Shown: piece after piece, positions 12,832-24,219 of the stretch
Position numbering within the stretch: the first letter of the stretch is position 1
Layout: every line of letters begins with the position of its first letter
Assembly: GCA_951406725.2 (NCBI GenBank)
Contig: OX597821.1
Span: 95,418,001 to 95,482,000, forward strand
Source of the DNA: Octopus vulgaris
Taxonomy: Eukaryota
Length of the DNA: 64,000 bases
Direction: 5' to 3'
Translations under genes and position numbers: made by a program
Notes under the pieces: model-generated
What the model saw: only the letters and a program-made list of their open reading frames with translations
What the model was told of the DNA's origin: nothing
The model's database searches: none

Positions 12832-13993
12832 TATCAAAATTAAATTCCATTTTTAAAGAAGAAACGTTCCATTATTCATGATTGCAAAAGACAGGCGACC
12901 ACCCACTTCTTGGTGGTAAAGCTTCAATAGATCTAAAATTTAAACCATTGGTTGATTATCATTCTAACACGGTTCTAGTAACTATGAAAAGCCATTTTAA
13001 ATCTCATCTTCCTATCATAATGTGATGAAATAAAAAGATGTAGCTCACATGAACAGTGTTCTATTTTCGGTTTAGGTACTTCGTGATTCTGCTCAGCTGT
13101 CAAACAATATTGTCACGCTCACATAGAAAATATAAATGTTAACTATCTCTGTATATATGTAGTGTGCTTATAATATATGGTGTTAATGCGATGTGTATAT
13201 GCGTGTATGTGTGCGGACATATGATTGTGTCTCGAGATTTGCCACCAAACAAGTGGGTTATGTCATGAGGCAGATATTTGGTTGTGGTGGAGACCGACGT
13301 CGTGAGGTCTAGCTGGCTGCATGTATAAATGAAGCAAACTTTTAATATATTCATTGCAGGACATGATTTTCTGCGTTGGCTATTTACAAAAGAAAGATGT
13401 TGATAATATAACCACCAGCTGGAAGAGAACTGCACTGTTTTGTAGTAGGCTAGCCGTGGTATGTCGTGAGTGTCCGAAATCGTTTCTTGCTCGGTGTGGT
13501 CTGTCCGAGTGTTCAAGATTGTCTGGTCTTAGATTCCACCTTTTATGAGTGCCCAAGGTGGTCTGCGCGAATGCCCAAAGCTGTCTGCCTTAGCGGTTTA
13601 CCGAGGCCATCTGGCTGAGTTAGGCGCGAAACGGTTTTTATAGGGGTGAAAAAGAAAGGGCGAATTTTAGATCATCTGAGGCACCATATTACGTCACGTG
13701 AAATTGTGGTGGCTCACTCGTGATTCCTAACTGAATATCTTGCGGCTAGGGTTCGAATCCTTACAATTAGTTGTTAAGACAGATCTATACTGAAACCTTT
13801 AAGACTATCTACAAATACGATTTGTATATAGTGGTGAGGGTTATGTAGGGCCAGTTGCACTTTTTCAAGAAACTAATAGCAGAAAATAGGATGTAGTGCA
13901 GCACAACTTCCCCGACTTCACGTACTCACTGACACTACCTCATACGTACACTCTTTGGCCAGACACATCATTCAGTAACATAAACATACACAT

Positions 13994-14406
13994 AGGCGCA
14001 GGAGTGGCTGTGTGGTAAGTAGCTTGTTTACCAACCACATGGTTCCGGGTTCAGTCCCACTGCATGGCACCTTGGGCAAATGTCTTCTACTATAGCCTCG
14101 GGGCCGACCAAAACCTTGTGAGTGGATTTGGTAGACGGAAACTGAAAGAAGCCCGTCGTATATATGTATATATATATATATGTATGTGTGTGTGTTTGTG
14201 TGTCTGTGTTTGTCCCCCTAGCATTGCTTGACAACCGATGCTGGTGTGTTTATGTCCCTGTTACCTAGCGGTTCGGCAAAAGAGACCGATAGAATAAGTA
14301 CAGGGCTTGCAAAAGAATAAGTCCCGGGGTCGAGTTGCTCGATTAAAGGCGGTGCTCCAGCATGGCCGCAGTCAACTGACTGAAACAAGTAAAAGAGTAA
14401 AGAGAG
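13994..14406 (+). mobile_element. SINE family A
   Basis: Complete copy AGGCGCAGGAGTGG...ACAAGTAAAAGAG. Confidence 0.92.
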
Positions 14407-16427
14407 ATACACGTCTATTCACGAACCATCTTGTCTCTTTGACACAGTAAGTAGACACACATACTTCTGCTTCTTCACTTACCTTGTGTTCACTCTCTCC
14501 CCAAAGCGAAGCCACTTTTGTTCTTCTCTACTTCTCCCGTCAGCTATTTTCCTTCTTCCCGCAGCACATGCTTACCAAAACCATATATTTTTCACCCAGC
14601 ATCTACGTTATTTCACCATTGTGCCATCTTAGCGGAATTTTTTTAACCTTCTCGAATTCTTTTTACCAATTTTTCGGTCTTCTTACAATCTTCTCTGACT
14701 TCTTTGCTCGGAATCTGACCATCTCAAACTTTTCTCCCCTCATATTCGAATTTTAGTATCTGTTTCCCTGTTTTACTCGCACGTCTGAAAAAAAGTTTTT
14801 CTACCTCCCTACTTACCTTTGTTTAAGCACATAGTACCCGTCTCCTTGCTTTTGCCACCCTACAGACTGCATTTCTTCGACACCTTTATAATACTTACCT
14901 ATTACACACCACAACCCCGAATACCCAAGCGCCACCTTACTTCCAACTTCTACACATCTATACACTTACATACACCACGTACACACACGCACATCATTTT
15001 TCCTGAGCAGGACTTGAACTCAGGTTATTTCGCATGATAATCAACCAATACGGCCATTTACCCCTCATTCTTTTCATAATCGAGTAAGGTCACCATCGCT
15101 TCACTTATGCCTTTAATATCCGGTTTCACGCCGTTGATATAATTTAACAGGCTGTCTACGAGCACCTTGCCAGACTTATCTCCAGGCAAACAGGATTTAA
15201 AAAATTTTTCAATGCGTTTTGGAGACGAGTCTTCCTAAATGTGCGTTTGTTAATGAAATTTATCTTCATCTGGATCTAGAAGAAGTCTACCGTACACCCT
15301 CACATTTTCTTCCAGTTCAATTTGTGTGGGTTTATCCTTCATAGAAACACCACCTACAATATCTTCAGTGAAAATTCTACTCTTTAAAAATTTATTTATT
15401 TTGTGGCACCTAACGTTTTTTTTCTTCCTTGTTTCATGTACTTAACACTGTTCTATTGTTAAAGATCTTTATGTTAATGAGCTAAACAAGTTGAGGGTCA
15501 GGAAGGTCAGCGTTGTATGAATTTGAATTACAATCCAAAAAACATTGACAATTAACAATGTTTTTTTGGATTGAACACTCCTTACTACAACTGCACTGGA
15601 GGTAAACAAAATTAGGCAAAAACAAAACAAAAGAAGTTAACCCAAACAATGGACTATTCAAAGCATATGCTATTATAAAAAGCAAAAACGTGTTCTTCCT
15701 GTGAGAATAACTCCATTCACTATTGTAAATTGATGTGTTGCTTCTCAAGTTTTCCATAATACTACATGACTCGTTTTTCATTACTAAGAGCCCTTCCTTT
15801 CAACAAGATACAAGGTGGTATCAAAAAGTTCCTGGATTAGTTCTGTAGCAAGTCAACAGATGACAGCACACGGTTGAGTGCGCAGTGACCTTCATGAGAC
15901 ATGTGCCGAGTGACATCGCTGTGTTTACTTCGCAACTTGGGAAATTTGTGTTTTTGTGATCACGTGTATACTGTAGTCTGCAATTTTTCTCGTCGATAGG
16001 AACAAAGAACCAACGTGAAATTTTGCGTTAAACTTGGGAAACCTGCTACGGAGACATTGAGCATGCTTACGTTGATGAGGCAATGGGTCGTACGCAATGT
16101 TAGGAGTGGCATGGGCGCTTCAAAAGCAAGAGAACATCCCTGGAAGACGATGCGCAATCTGGAAGACCTGCCACGAGTGTCAGCCGGGAAATGTGGTACT
16201 GTGCATCGAGAATTCATTCCCCAGGACCAGACCATCAGTTGAGAGTTCTACTGCAACATTTTGAAGCATTCGAGGGAGGATATTCGGTGAAAACGACCGG
16301 AGCTGTAGAGCACGAAGAATTGGATTCTTCACAGAGCTCTCTGCATTCAGGAGTTTCTCGTCCAAAACACCCTGTTCACCAGATTTAGCACCTGCGAACT
16401 TGCATCTCTTCCCCTATATGAAACTGC

Positions 16428-16835
16428 TGAAGGCGGCGAGCTGGCAGAATCGTTAGCATGCCGAGCGAAATGCGTAGCGGTATTTCGTCTGCCGTTACGT
16501 TCTGAGTTCAAATTTCGCCGAGTTCGACTTTGCCTTACATCCTTTCGGGATCTATAAATTAAGTACCAGTTACGCACTGGGTCGATATAATCGACTTAAT
16601 CCGTCTGTCTGTCCTCTCTGTGTTTAGCCCCTTGTGGGTAGTAAAGAAATAGGTACTTCGTCTGCCATTACGTTCTGAGTTCAAATTTCGCCGAGGTCAA
16701 CTTTGCCTTTCATCCTTTCGGGGTCGATTAAATAAGTACCATTTACACACTGGAGTCGATGTAATCGACTTAATCCCTTTGTCTGTCCTTGTTTGTCCTT
16801 TCTATGTTTAGCCCCCTGTGGGCAATAAAGGAATA
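16428..16835 (+). mobile_element. SINE family C, young copy with internal tandem duplication
   Basis: Head GGCGAGCTGGCAGAATCG, B box GAGTTCAAATT; 13-bp TSD TATATGAAACTGC (16415-16427 and 16836-16848). Confidence 0.88.
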
Positions 16836-17046
16836 TATATGAAACTGCAGCTCAAAGGTTGCCGTTTTAACACGGTTGTTGAGATCCAGCGCGAATCACA
16901 GAAGGTCCTCGACTCGCTTATGGAGAACGACTTCCAGGCCGGATCCCAAAAGTGGCAGGAACTGGTGTATTGGTGCGCAAGGTGACTATTTCGAAGGGGA
17001 TTATGTTAAAACTTATTTATCTAAGTTATTTTTTATTAATTATAAC

Positions 17047-17426
17047 AGGCGCAGGAGTGGCTGTGTGGTAAGTAGCTTGCTAACCAACCACATGGTTCCG
17101 GGTTCAGTCCCATTGCGTTGCATCTTGGGCAAGTGTCTTCTGCTATAGCCCCGGGCCGACCAATGCCTTGTGAGTGGATTTGGTAGACGGAAACTGAAAG
17201 AAGCCTGTCGTATATATGTATGTGTTTGTCTCCCTAGCATTGCTTGACAACCGATGCTGGTGTGTTTACGTCCCCGTTACCTAGCGGTTCGGCAAAAGAG
17301 ACCGATAGAATAAGTACTGGGCTTACAAAAGAATAAGTCCCGGGATCGATTTGCTCGACTAAAGGCGGTGCTCCAGCATGGCCGCAGTCAAATGACTGAA
17401 ACAAGTAAAAGAGAGAGTAAAGAGTA
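17047..17426 (+). mobile_element. SINE family A inserted next to the mariner right TIR
   Basis: Complete copy. Confidence 0.92.
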
Positions 17427-17662
17427 AGTCCGGCAACATTTTGATATCACCTCGTACAGTATTGAGGTTTTAAAAAGATGCTTCTTCTGATAGTCTCTGA
17501 ACTTCTCTTCTTTTTTTTATAAATGAGCGTTTCTCAATTTAACTTACTATTCAGCATGTTTTTGCATTACAATCAATTCCTTTCATTTTTTACTCGTTTA
17601 AGTCATCACTGGACTGCGGCCTTGCTGGGGCACCGTCTTGAAGGGTTTTAGTCGAACAATAC

Positions 17663-17982
17663 ATCATCATCATCATCGTTTAACGTCCGCTTTCCATGCT
17701 AGCATGGGTTGGACGGTTCAACTGGAGTCTGGGAAGCCCGAAGGCTGCACCAGGCCAGTCAGTTCTGGCAGTGTTTCTACAGCTTGATGCCCTTCCTAAC
17801 GCCAACCACTCGGTGAGTGTAGTGGGTGCATTTTATGTGCCACCGACACAGGTGCCAGACGAGGCTGGCGAACGGCCACGCTCGGATGGTGTTTTTTATG
17901 TGCCACCGACACAGGTGCCAGACGAGGCTGGCGAACGACCACGCTCGGATGGTGTCTTTTTATGTGCCACGGACACAGGTGC
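17663..17982 (-). mobile_element. RTE LINE 3'-UTR fragment with (GAT)n tail
   Basis: Reverse complement of the 3' end of 18571-19463; contains a ~56-bp internal duplication. Confidence 0.88.
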
Positions 17983-18570
17983 AATTTTTTTAAATGTCTG
18001 GCACTAATTCTACCGACTCGTTTGCCAAGCTGCTAATTTACAGCAACAAACAAAAACACGCACATTTATATGTTGATGAGTGGGTGTGCGGAGGGGCTTC
18101 CACATAGTTCTTATCAGTTGTTTTCTCTTTTTGTTCAACCACAGGCCTGGCTGTGTGGTAAGAAGTTTGCTTCCCAACTACATGGTTCTGGGTTCAATCC
18201 CACTGCATGGCACATTGAACAAGTGTCTTCTATAGCTTTGGGCCAACCAAAGCCTTGTGAGTGGATTTAGTAGAAACTGAAAGAAGCCTGTTGTGCATGT
18301 GCATATATATATATAAAAATTTTTTTTATAAATATAACTATCAAAAAGTGTTTAAAAAATTATTTAAATTATTAATTTATACTTATAAATTTATATATAT
18401 ATATATTATTATTTTTATTATTATTTTTCATTTTTTTAATAAATATAACTATCAAACAGTATTAAAAAGTTTAATATATCTTATATTAAATTTTTTAATA
18501 CTTTTTGATAGTTATATTTATTAAAAAAAATAATAATAATAAAAATAATAATATATATATATATATATAT

Positions 18571-19463
18571 ACCTTGAGAGAAAAGCTGGACCTAAGAAGC
18601 ATCAGTTGTGGTGTGCAAGAGAGACGTTTGCGCTGGTATGGTCATGTGGCGAGAATGGATGAAGATAGTTGTGTGAAAAAGTGCCACGCCCTAGCGGTTG
18701 AGGGAACCTGTGGAAGAGGCAGACCCAGGAAAACCTGGGACGAGGTGGTGAAGCACGACCTTCGAACTTTAGGTCTCACTGAGGAAATGACTAGAGACCG
18801 AGACCTCTGGAAGTGTGCTGTGCGCGAGAAGACCCGGCAGGACAAGTGAGTCCACAACCCGTGGCCTTCTACATGGGATGGAGCCAGCCTACGTATGCAT
18901 ACCTTCCCTTCTTGGGACACAAAACTCTACTTGTGAAGACGTGTTGAGGCAAGTGAGGATCAGAATCGTAATCGATCAATGGAAATTGCGGATGTGCTAC
19001 CAGTGCCGGTGGCATGTCGAAACTCTGCTTGTGAAGACCCATTGAGGCAAGTGAGGATCAGAATCGAAATCGATCAATGGAAATCGATCAATGGAAATTG
19101 CAGATGTGTTACCAGTGCCGGTGGCATGTAAGAGAACTTTCCGTTTCGCGACCGTTGCCAGCACCGCCCCGTTTCGTGTCCGTTGCCAGCCTCGCCTGGC
19201 CCTCGTGCCGGTGGCACATAAAAAGCACCATCCGTTCGTGGCCGTTTGCCAGCTCTGTCTGGCACCAGTGCGGGTGGCACGTAAAAAGCACCCACTACAC
19301 TCACGGAGTGGTTGGCGTTAGGAAGGGCATCCAGCCGTAGAAACACTGCCAGATTTGACTGGGCCTGATGAAGCCTTCTGGCTTCACAGACCCCAGCAGA
19401 ACCGTCCAACCCATGCTAGCATGGAAAACGGACGCTAAATGATGATGATGATGATGATGATGA
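18571..19463 (+). mobile_element. RTE-clade LINE, 5'-truncated (ORF C-terminus, 3' UTR and (GAT)n tail)
   Basis: RRLRWYGHVARMDEDS..KK......G...RGRPRKTW.EVVKHDL......DRDLWK is the RTE/BovB-type C-terminus; stop at 18849. Confidence 0.92.
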
Positions 19464-20045
19464 TATAAATTTATAAGTATAAATAAATAATTTAAATAAT
19501 TTTTTAAATTTTAACTTTAATTTAAATCTTGAATTTTATATTTTATATATTTTGTATATTGTATTAATTAATTTTATTTCTATGTATTGGTTTATGTTTT
19601 TCACTGATTTGCCTAATAGTGGTTTTATCTCTAATTTAATATATATATATTTATACTGTAAAATTAGATTTAATCCTAAATCTAATTTTTCCCTGTAAGT
19701 TTGGATTTGCTCCATAATATTATATATATATATATATATATATAATACATATATACACGTGTCTGTCTGTTTTGCCCCCACCACTACTAGAGAACAAGTG
19801 TTGGTGTGTTTATGTCCTCGCATCTTAATGGTTCAGCAAAAGAGACTAAGTACCAGGCTTTAAAAAAAAGTAGGTATCGGGGTTGATTATTAAAATTCCC
19901 TATGGTAGTACCCCAGCAAGGCCACAGTCTAATGACTGAAACAAGTTAAAAATACAAAATAAAGATAACCATTCTTCGCCACGTGTGATGCATGCATTTT
20001 TATACGTACACCTCACCAATGACTACATTTGATTACTATTAACTT

Positions 20046-20440
20046 ACTCTTACTTGTTTCAGTCATTTGACTGCGGCCATGCTGGAGCACCGCCTTTAGT
20101 CGAGCAACTCGATCCCGGGACTTATTCTTTGTAAGCCCAGTACTTATTCTATCGGTCTCTTTTGCCGAACCGCTAAGTGACGGGGACGTAAACACACCAG
20201 CATCGGTTGTCAAGCAATGCTAGGGGGACAAACACAGACACACAAACACATACATACATATATATATATATACATACGACAGGCTTCTTTCAGTTTCCGT
20301 CTACCAAATCCACTCACAAGGCTTTGGTCGGCCCAAGGCTATAGTAGAAGACATTTGCCCAAGATGCCAAGCAATGGGACTGAACCCGGAACCATGTAGT
20401 TCATAAGCAAGCTACTTACCACACAGCCACTCCTGCGCCT
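20046..20440 (-). mobile_element. SINE family A
   Basis: Complete reverse-complement copy. Confidence 0.92.
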
Positions 20441-21299
20441 ATATAACTGCACTGTTTGGTTTGAGAAAAGAAATATTCTGCTTTAACAAAAAGACAATTG
20501 TGAAAACAAAAACAAAGCCATATATAAGAGAAAAGAACAAACAAAAACAAATTTATAATGATACAACCATTTCATTGCCAAAATTGTTTCTTTTGAAGAA
20601 AAATCCATATAGAGTGTAAAGACAGACGTTTCCTCTTTAAAACACATACACAGACACATATGTGTATATATATCTATGTATATATATATATATATATATA
20701 TATAGATATATATATATATATATATACATACACATACATACATGTGTTTAAATATATATACATACATATGTGTTTCTGTAAATATATATACATATATATG
20801 CATGAGTGTCTGTGTGTAAATATATACATATACACATATGTATAAATAAATGTATTTATGTATGTGTGTGTGTATATCTGTGTGTGTATGTGCATGTGTG
20901 TGTGTGTGTGTATGTATGTATGAGACTGTCTTTGTCAAAGATATAGTATCCATAAAGGAAGGTATGAATGTAAATTGTAAAATGAAATTGCCTTCGTAAG
21001 CCCTACCAAGGGGCCTGTGTAAGGGCTTCGTACCTAGCTCCAGTTTGATGGGTTTATGACATGAAACAGAATGAGGAACAATCTCCTACTACTGGATAGT
21101 ACATCAGCCTGTCACAGGTATAATGTTCCCCAAATTATCTGGTACGTATTCCTCGCCATGATAGAAAGTGTTCAGCTCCAGAAAAAGAAAAAAAAAACAA
21201 AAAAAAACATGTCAGCAGTGAATTTGAACTCATAACTTACAGTCATATAGTCCAATGCCTTACACACTTGTCCTACATATACATCATATACATATATTT

Positions 21300-21610
21300 A
21301 TTTATATATATATATATATTATATATGCATATTATAATATATATATATAATATATATACATATTATAATATATATAATATATATTATGTATGCATATTAT
21401 AATATATATATATAATAAATATACATATTATAATATATATAATATATATTATGTATGCATATTATAATATATATATATAATAAATATACATATTATAATA
21501 TATATAATATATATTATGTATGCATATTATAATATATATATATAATAAATATACATATTATAATATATACAATATATATTATAATACAATATATTATAGA
21601 ATATATACAT
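21300..21610. repeat. AT-only tandem repeat (~65-bp unit TATGCATATTATAATATATA...)
   Basis: Direct repetition. Confidence 0.85.
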
Positions 21611-21989
21611 ATATATCTTTGTATGTGTGAATGGTTTGAATACATAATGGTTTGAAAGGGAGAGAGTATGTTTACGCATATGAGAGAGAGAGAGCGAGAG
21701 AGAGAGAGACTGTGTGTGTGTGTGTGTGTGTAATGCTTAAAGGAAGAGTGGATGTGTGGAGGGCAGTGTGTGTGTGTGTGTGAATACATGTGGATATGTA
21801 TATTGTGAGTGTATGTAAAAAGTTGCAAGAATTGTGTATGTTTGAATGAACATGTATCCATGTGTGTGGGTGGCTATATGTGTACCTATATCTATAAAAT
21901 ATATATAAACAATATGCATGCACAATATATATATTTATATATAAACATATATATGCATGTGTATGTATATATATATATATATATACTTA

Positions 21990-22133
21990 ATTTAAAGCAG
22001 CAGAAAATTCAACAAAACCTGTTATTCTGAGTTTCACGTTGCCGTTCATTGGACAGTTTTTGCTAACTGTCCGATGAACGGCAACGTGAAACTCAGAGTA
22101 ACAGGTTTTGTTGAATTTTCAGCTGCTTTAAAT
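21990..22133. repeat. Near-perfect fold-back (~68-bp arms) in a (TA)n tract, Penelope-type inverted pLTR
   Basis: ATTTAAAGCAGCAGAAAATTCAAC...GGACAGTT / AACTGTCC...GTTGAATTTTCAGCTGCTTTAAAT. Confidence 0.85.
22067..22104 (+). ncRNA. Minimal type-I hammerhead motif (U4C core variant)
   Basis: CTGT-CCGATGA-ACG GCAA CGT-GAAA-CTC A GAG-TA-ACAG; all three stems pair; predicted cut after 22100. Confidence 0.7.
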
Positions 22134-22416
22134 AAAGCATATTACTCTACCACTGGTATTTGAGTACTCTTTTTTTCACCTTGTTTCACATTTATGTGTT
22201 TACTCTAGTGTATATATATATATATATATACAGATACACACACATACACACACACAAGTGGGTATATGTGTCAAGTGATATGCAAGAATACATGGTTATG
22301 TATGAAAAATAAATGGAGGCATGTAAATGAAAAACAATGTGTATGCATTACATCTGTATCTGTTTATGTGTGATATACATACACACAGACACATATATGC
22401 ATGTGTGTGTGCGTAT

Positions 22417-22461
<45 letters not shown>

Positions 22462-23278
22462 CATTGCAGATAAAGGGTGAAATATAATTAATTTAATAAA
22501 ATCAACAAATTTCACCTAGTAGTATATTCGGTATGGAAAAGGAACATACTCGGTACTATATATATATATATATATGTGTTTATGTATATATTTACACACA
22601 CACACTCACATATATATATATATATGAGAGAGGGAGATAAGATGAAGTGAGAGAGAGGAGATTTGAGATGTAGAAAAAGTACTTCACTGCCTCATGTTAC
22701 TTATTTCATCACAAATATTTTAAACTCTTGTTGGGACTGTAAAAACACCTTACTTTGGTCAGAGGTCTGTAAAAATTACAGAAACAGCAACAAAAAAAAT
22801 AATAAAATAAAATAAAATAAAATAGAGAGAAAGGAAATAATTTGTTCCTTTTTTTTTGGGGGGCCAAGAACCGAATATGTGCCAGTCCAAATATTGAGGA
22901 ACATTGTCTCCTGTGGATCATGGGACATCTGTGATAGGACATCAGAGCATGGTACAGGATAGAAGGCTAATTTTCTTTTTTTGGTCTATAGTTGGTCTTT
23001 TTTATTTTGTTTCTTTTTGCTTGTTTTCTTTTGTTGCTTTTTTCCCTTCCTTTTTTTCTTTTTTGTTTTGTTTCTTTTTATTTTTTTTCCAAGTCATTTT
23101 TGTTGCTGCTGCTATTGTTGGTTGTAAATATAAATTTCACCCCAGACTGTGGTAACGTTAAATTATCCCCTGGGTAGGTAGGTATGTGGTGGTGGTCAGG
23201 GAGGTGATCAAATCACACAGATAAAAGGTATTTTTTTTCATTATCTCTACTAAACGAAAACAAACCCCTATATTTTAA

Positions 23279-23496
23279 CCCTTAACATTCAAAATTACTC
23301 TGTCAAGTGCAATGCTTATTTATTCACATTGTTTTGAATTAATCATGCATTATCTCATAGCTTTGAGACTTCAATGATGTGATTGTATTAATTTTAGAAT
23401 GACATAGTGGGGTAGATGTGAGAGACTGGATCTGGCCAGTTTGAACATAAAACAAGAATATTTGAGCTGGATATAGCTGGTTTAAATGCTAAAGGG
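23279..23496. mobile_element. piggyBac-like MITE (diverged, inverted relative to 38802-39021)
   Basis: TTAA|CCCTTAACATTCA...AATGCTAAAGGG; internal similarity to the 38802 copy. Confidence 0.7.
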
Positions 23497-23850
23497 TCAA
23501 AAACAAAATTGAGGAAAAATGAAAATAAGGTATGTTTATTACTTTCCCAAAATGAATTCACTGCAGAAATAAAGTGATGCGAACCACCTTTGGTTGAGGA
23601 TTGAAACTGTGACAAGAAGGAGCTTACCTTTTTCACTATGGGTCTATCCACAGTAATGATTTCCAACATTGGCCACACAAAACCATAAATTTAAAGAAGG
23701 AGAGGAGGGAGTAGAGTAAATTTATTCAGTCTTCTCCACTCTGCAACTTGAGTGCTATTTATTTTCTTCAACTCAGACAAATGAAAAGTAAAGTTGCCCC
23801 TTGTAGGATTTTAATTTAGAATTAAAAAAAAATATATATATATATATTAG

Positions 23851-24033
23851 AACTTATAAAATAAGGGCAAAAGAAAAATTCTAATACCAAATATGCCGAA
23901 AAAAAGACAAAATTGTCAATAACAATTATAATTTATGCATCTCGAGACGCATAAATTATAATGGTTATCGACAATTTTGTCTTTTCGGCATATTTGGTAT
24001 TAGAATTTTTCTTTTGCCCTTATTTTATAAGTT
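23851..24033. repeat. Fold-back palindrome (~90-bp arms) between (TA)n tracts
   Basis: AACTTATAAAATAAGGGCAAAAG...ATGCATCTCGAGACGCAT...CTTTTGCCCTTATTTTATAAGTT. Confidence 0.88.
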
Positions 24034-24120
24034 ATTTATAAATTTAACCTTTAAAGGTATTTTTTGATATGCTGGCCATTGATAATTTTTTTTTTTTTTC
24101 CATAAAAATTTTTATCCTAC

Positions 24121-24163
<43 letters not shown>

Positions 24164-24219
24164 ATCAATAACTGATTAAATATAAATAATATTATCTATT
24201 GTTTTGATTCTATTATTTT

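Larger units (their letters stand above)
15811..17454 (+). mobile_element. Decayed mariner transposon carrying two nested SINEs
   Basis: Imperfect TIRs TA|CAAGGTGGTATCAAAAAGTTCC and GGCAACATTTTGATATCACCTCG|TA; peptide relics VKFCVKLGKPATET, HREFIPQDQTI, SPDLAP...LFPYMKLQLKGCRF and CIGAQGDYFEGD. Confidence 0.85.

Noticed and set aside
13700-13765. tRNA-like A box and B box (GGTTCGAATCC)
   Set aside because: No cloverleaf could be folded; probably a decayed SINE head. All other A/B boxes in the window belong to SINEs, so no tRNA gene is called.
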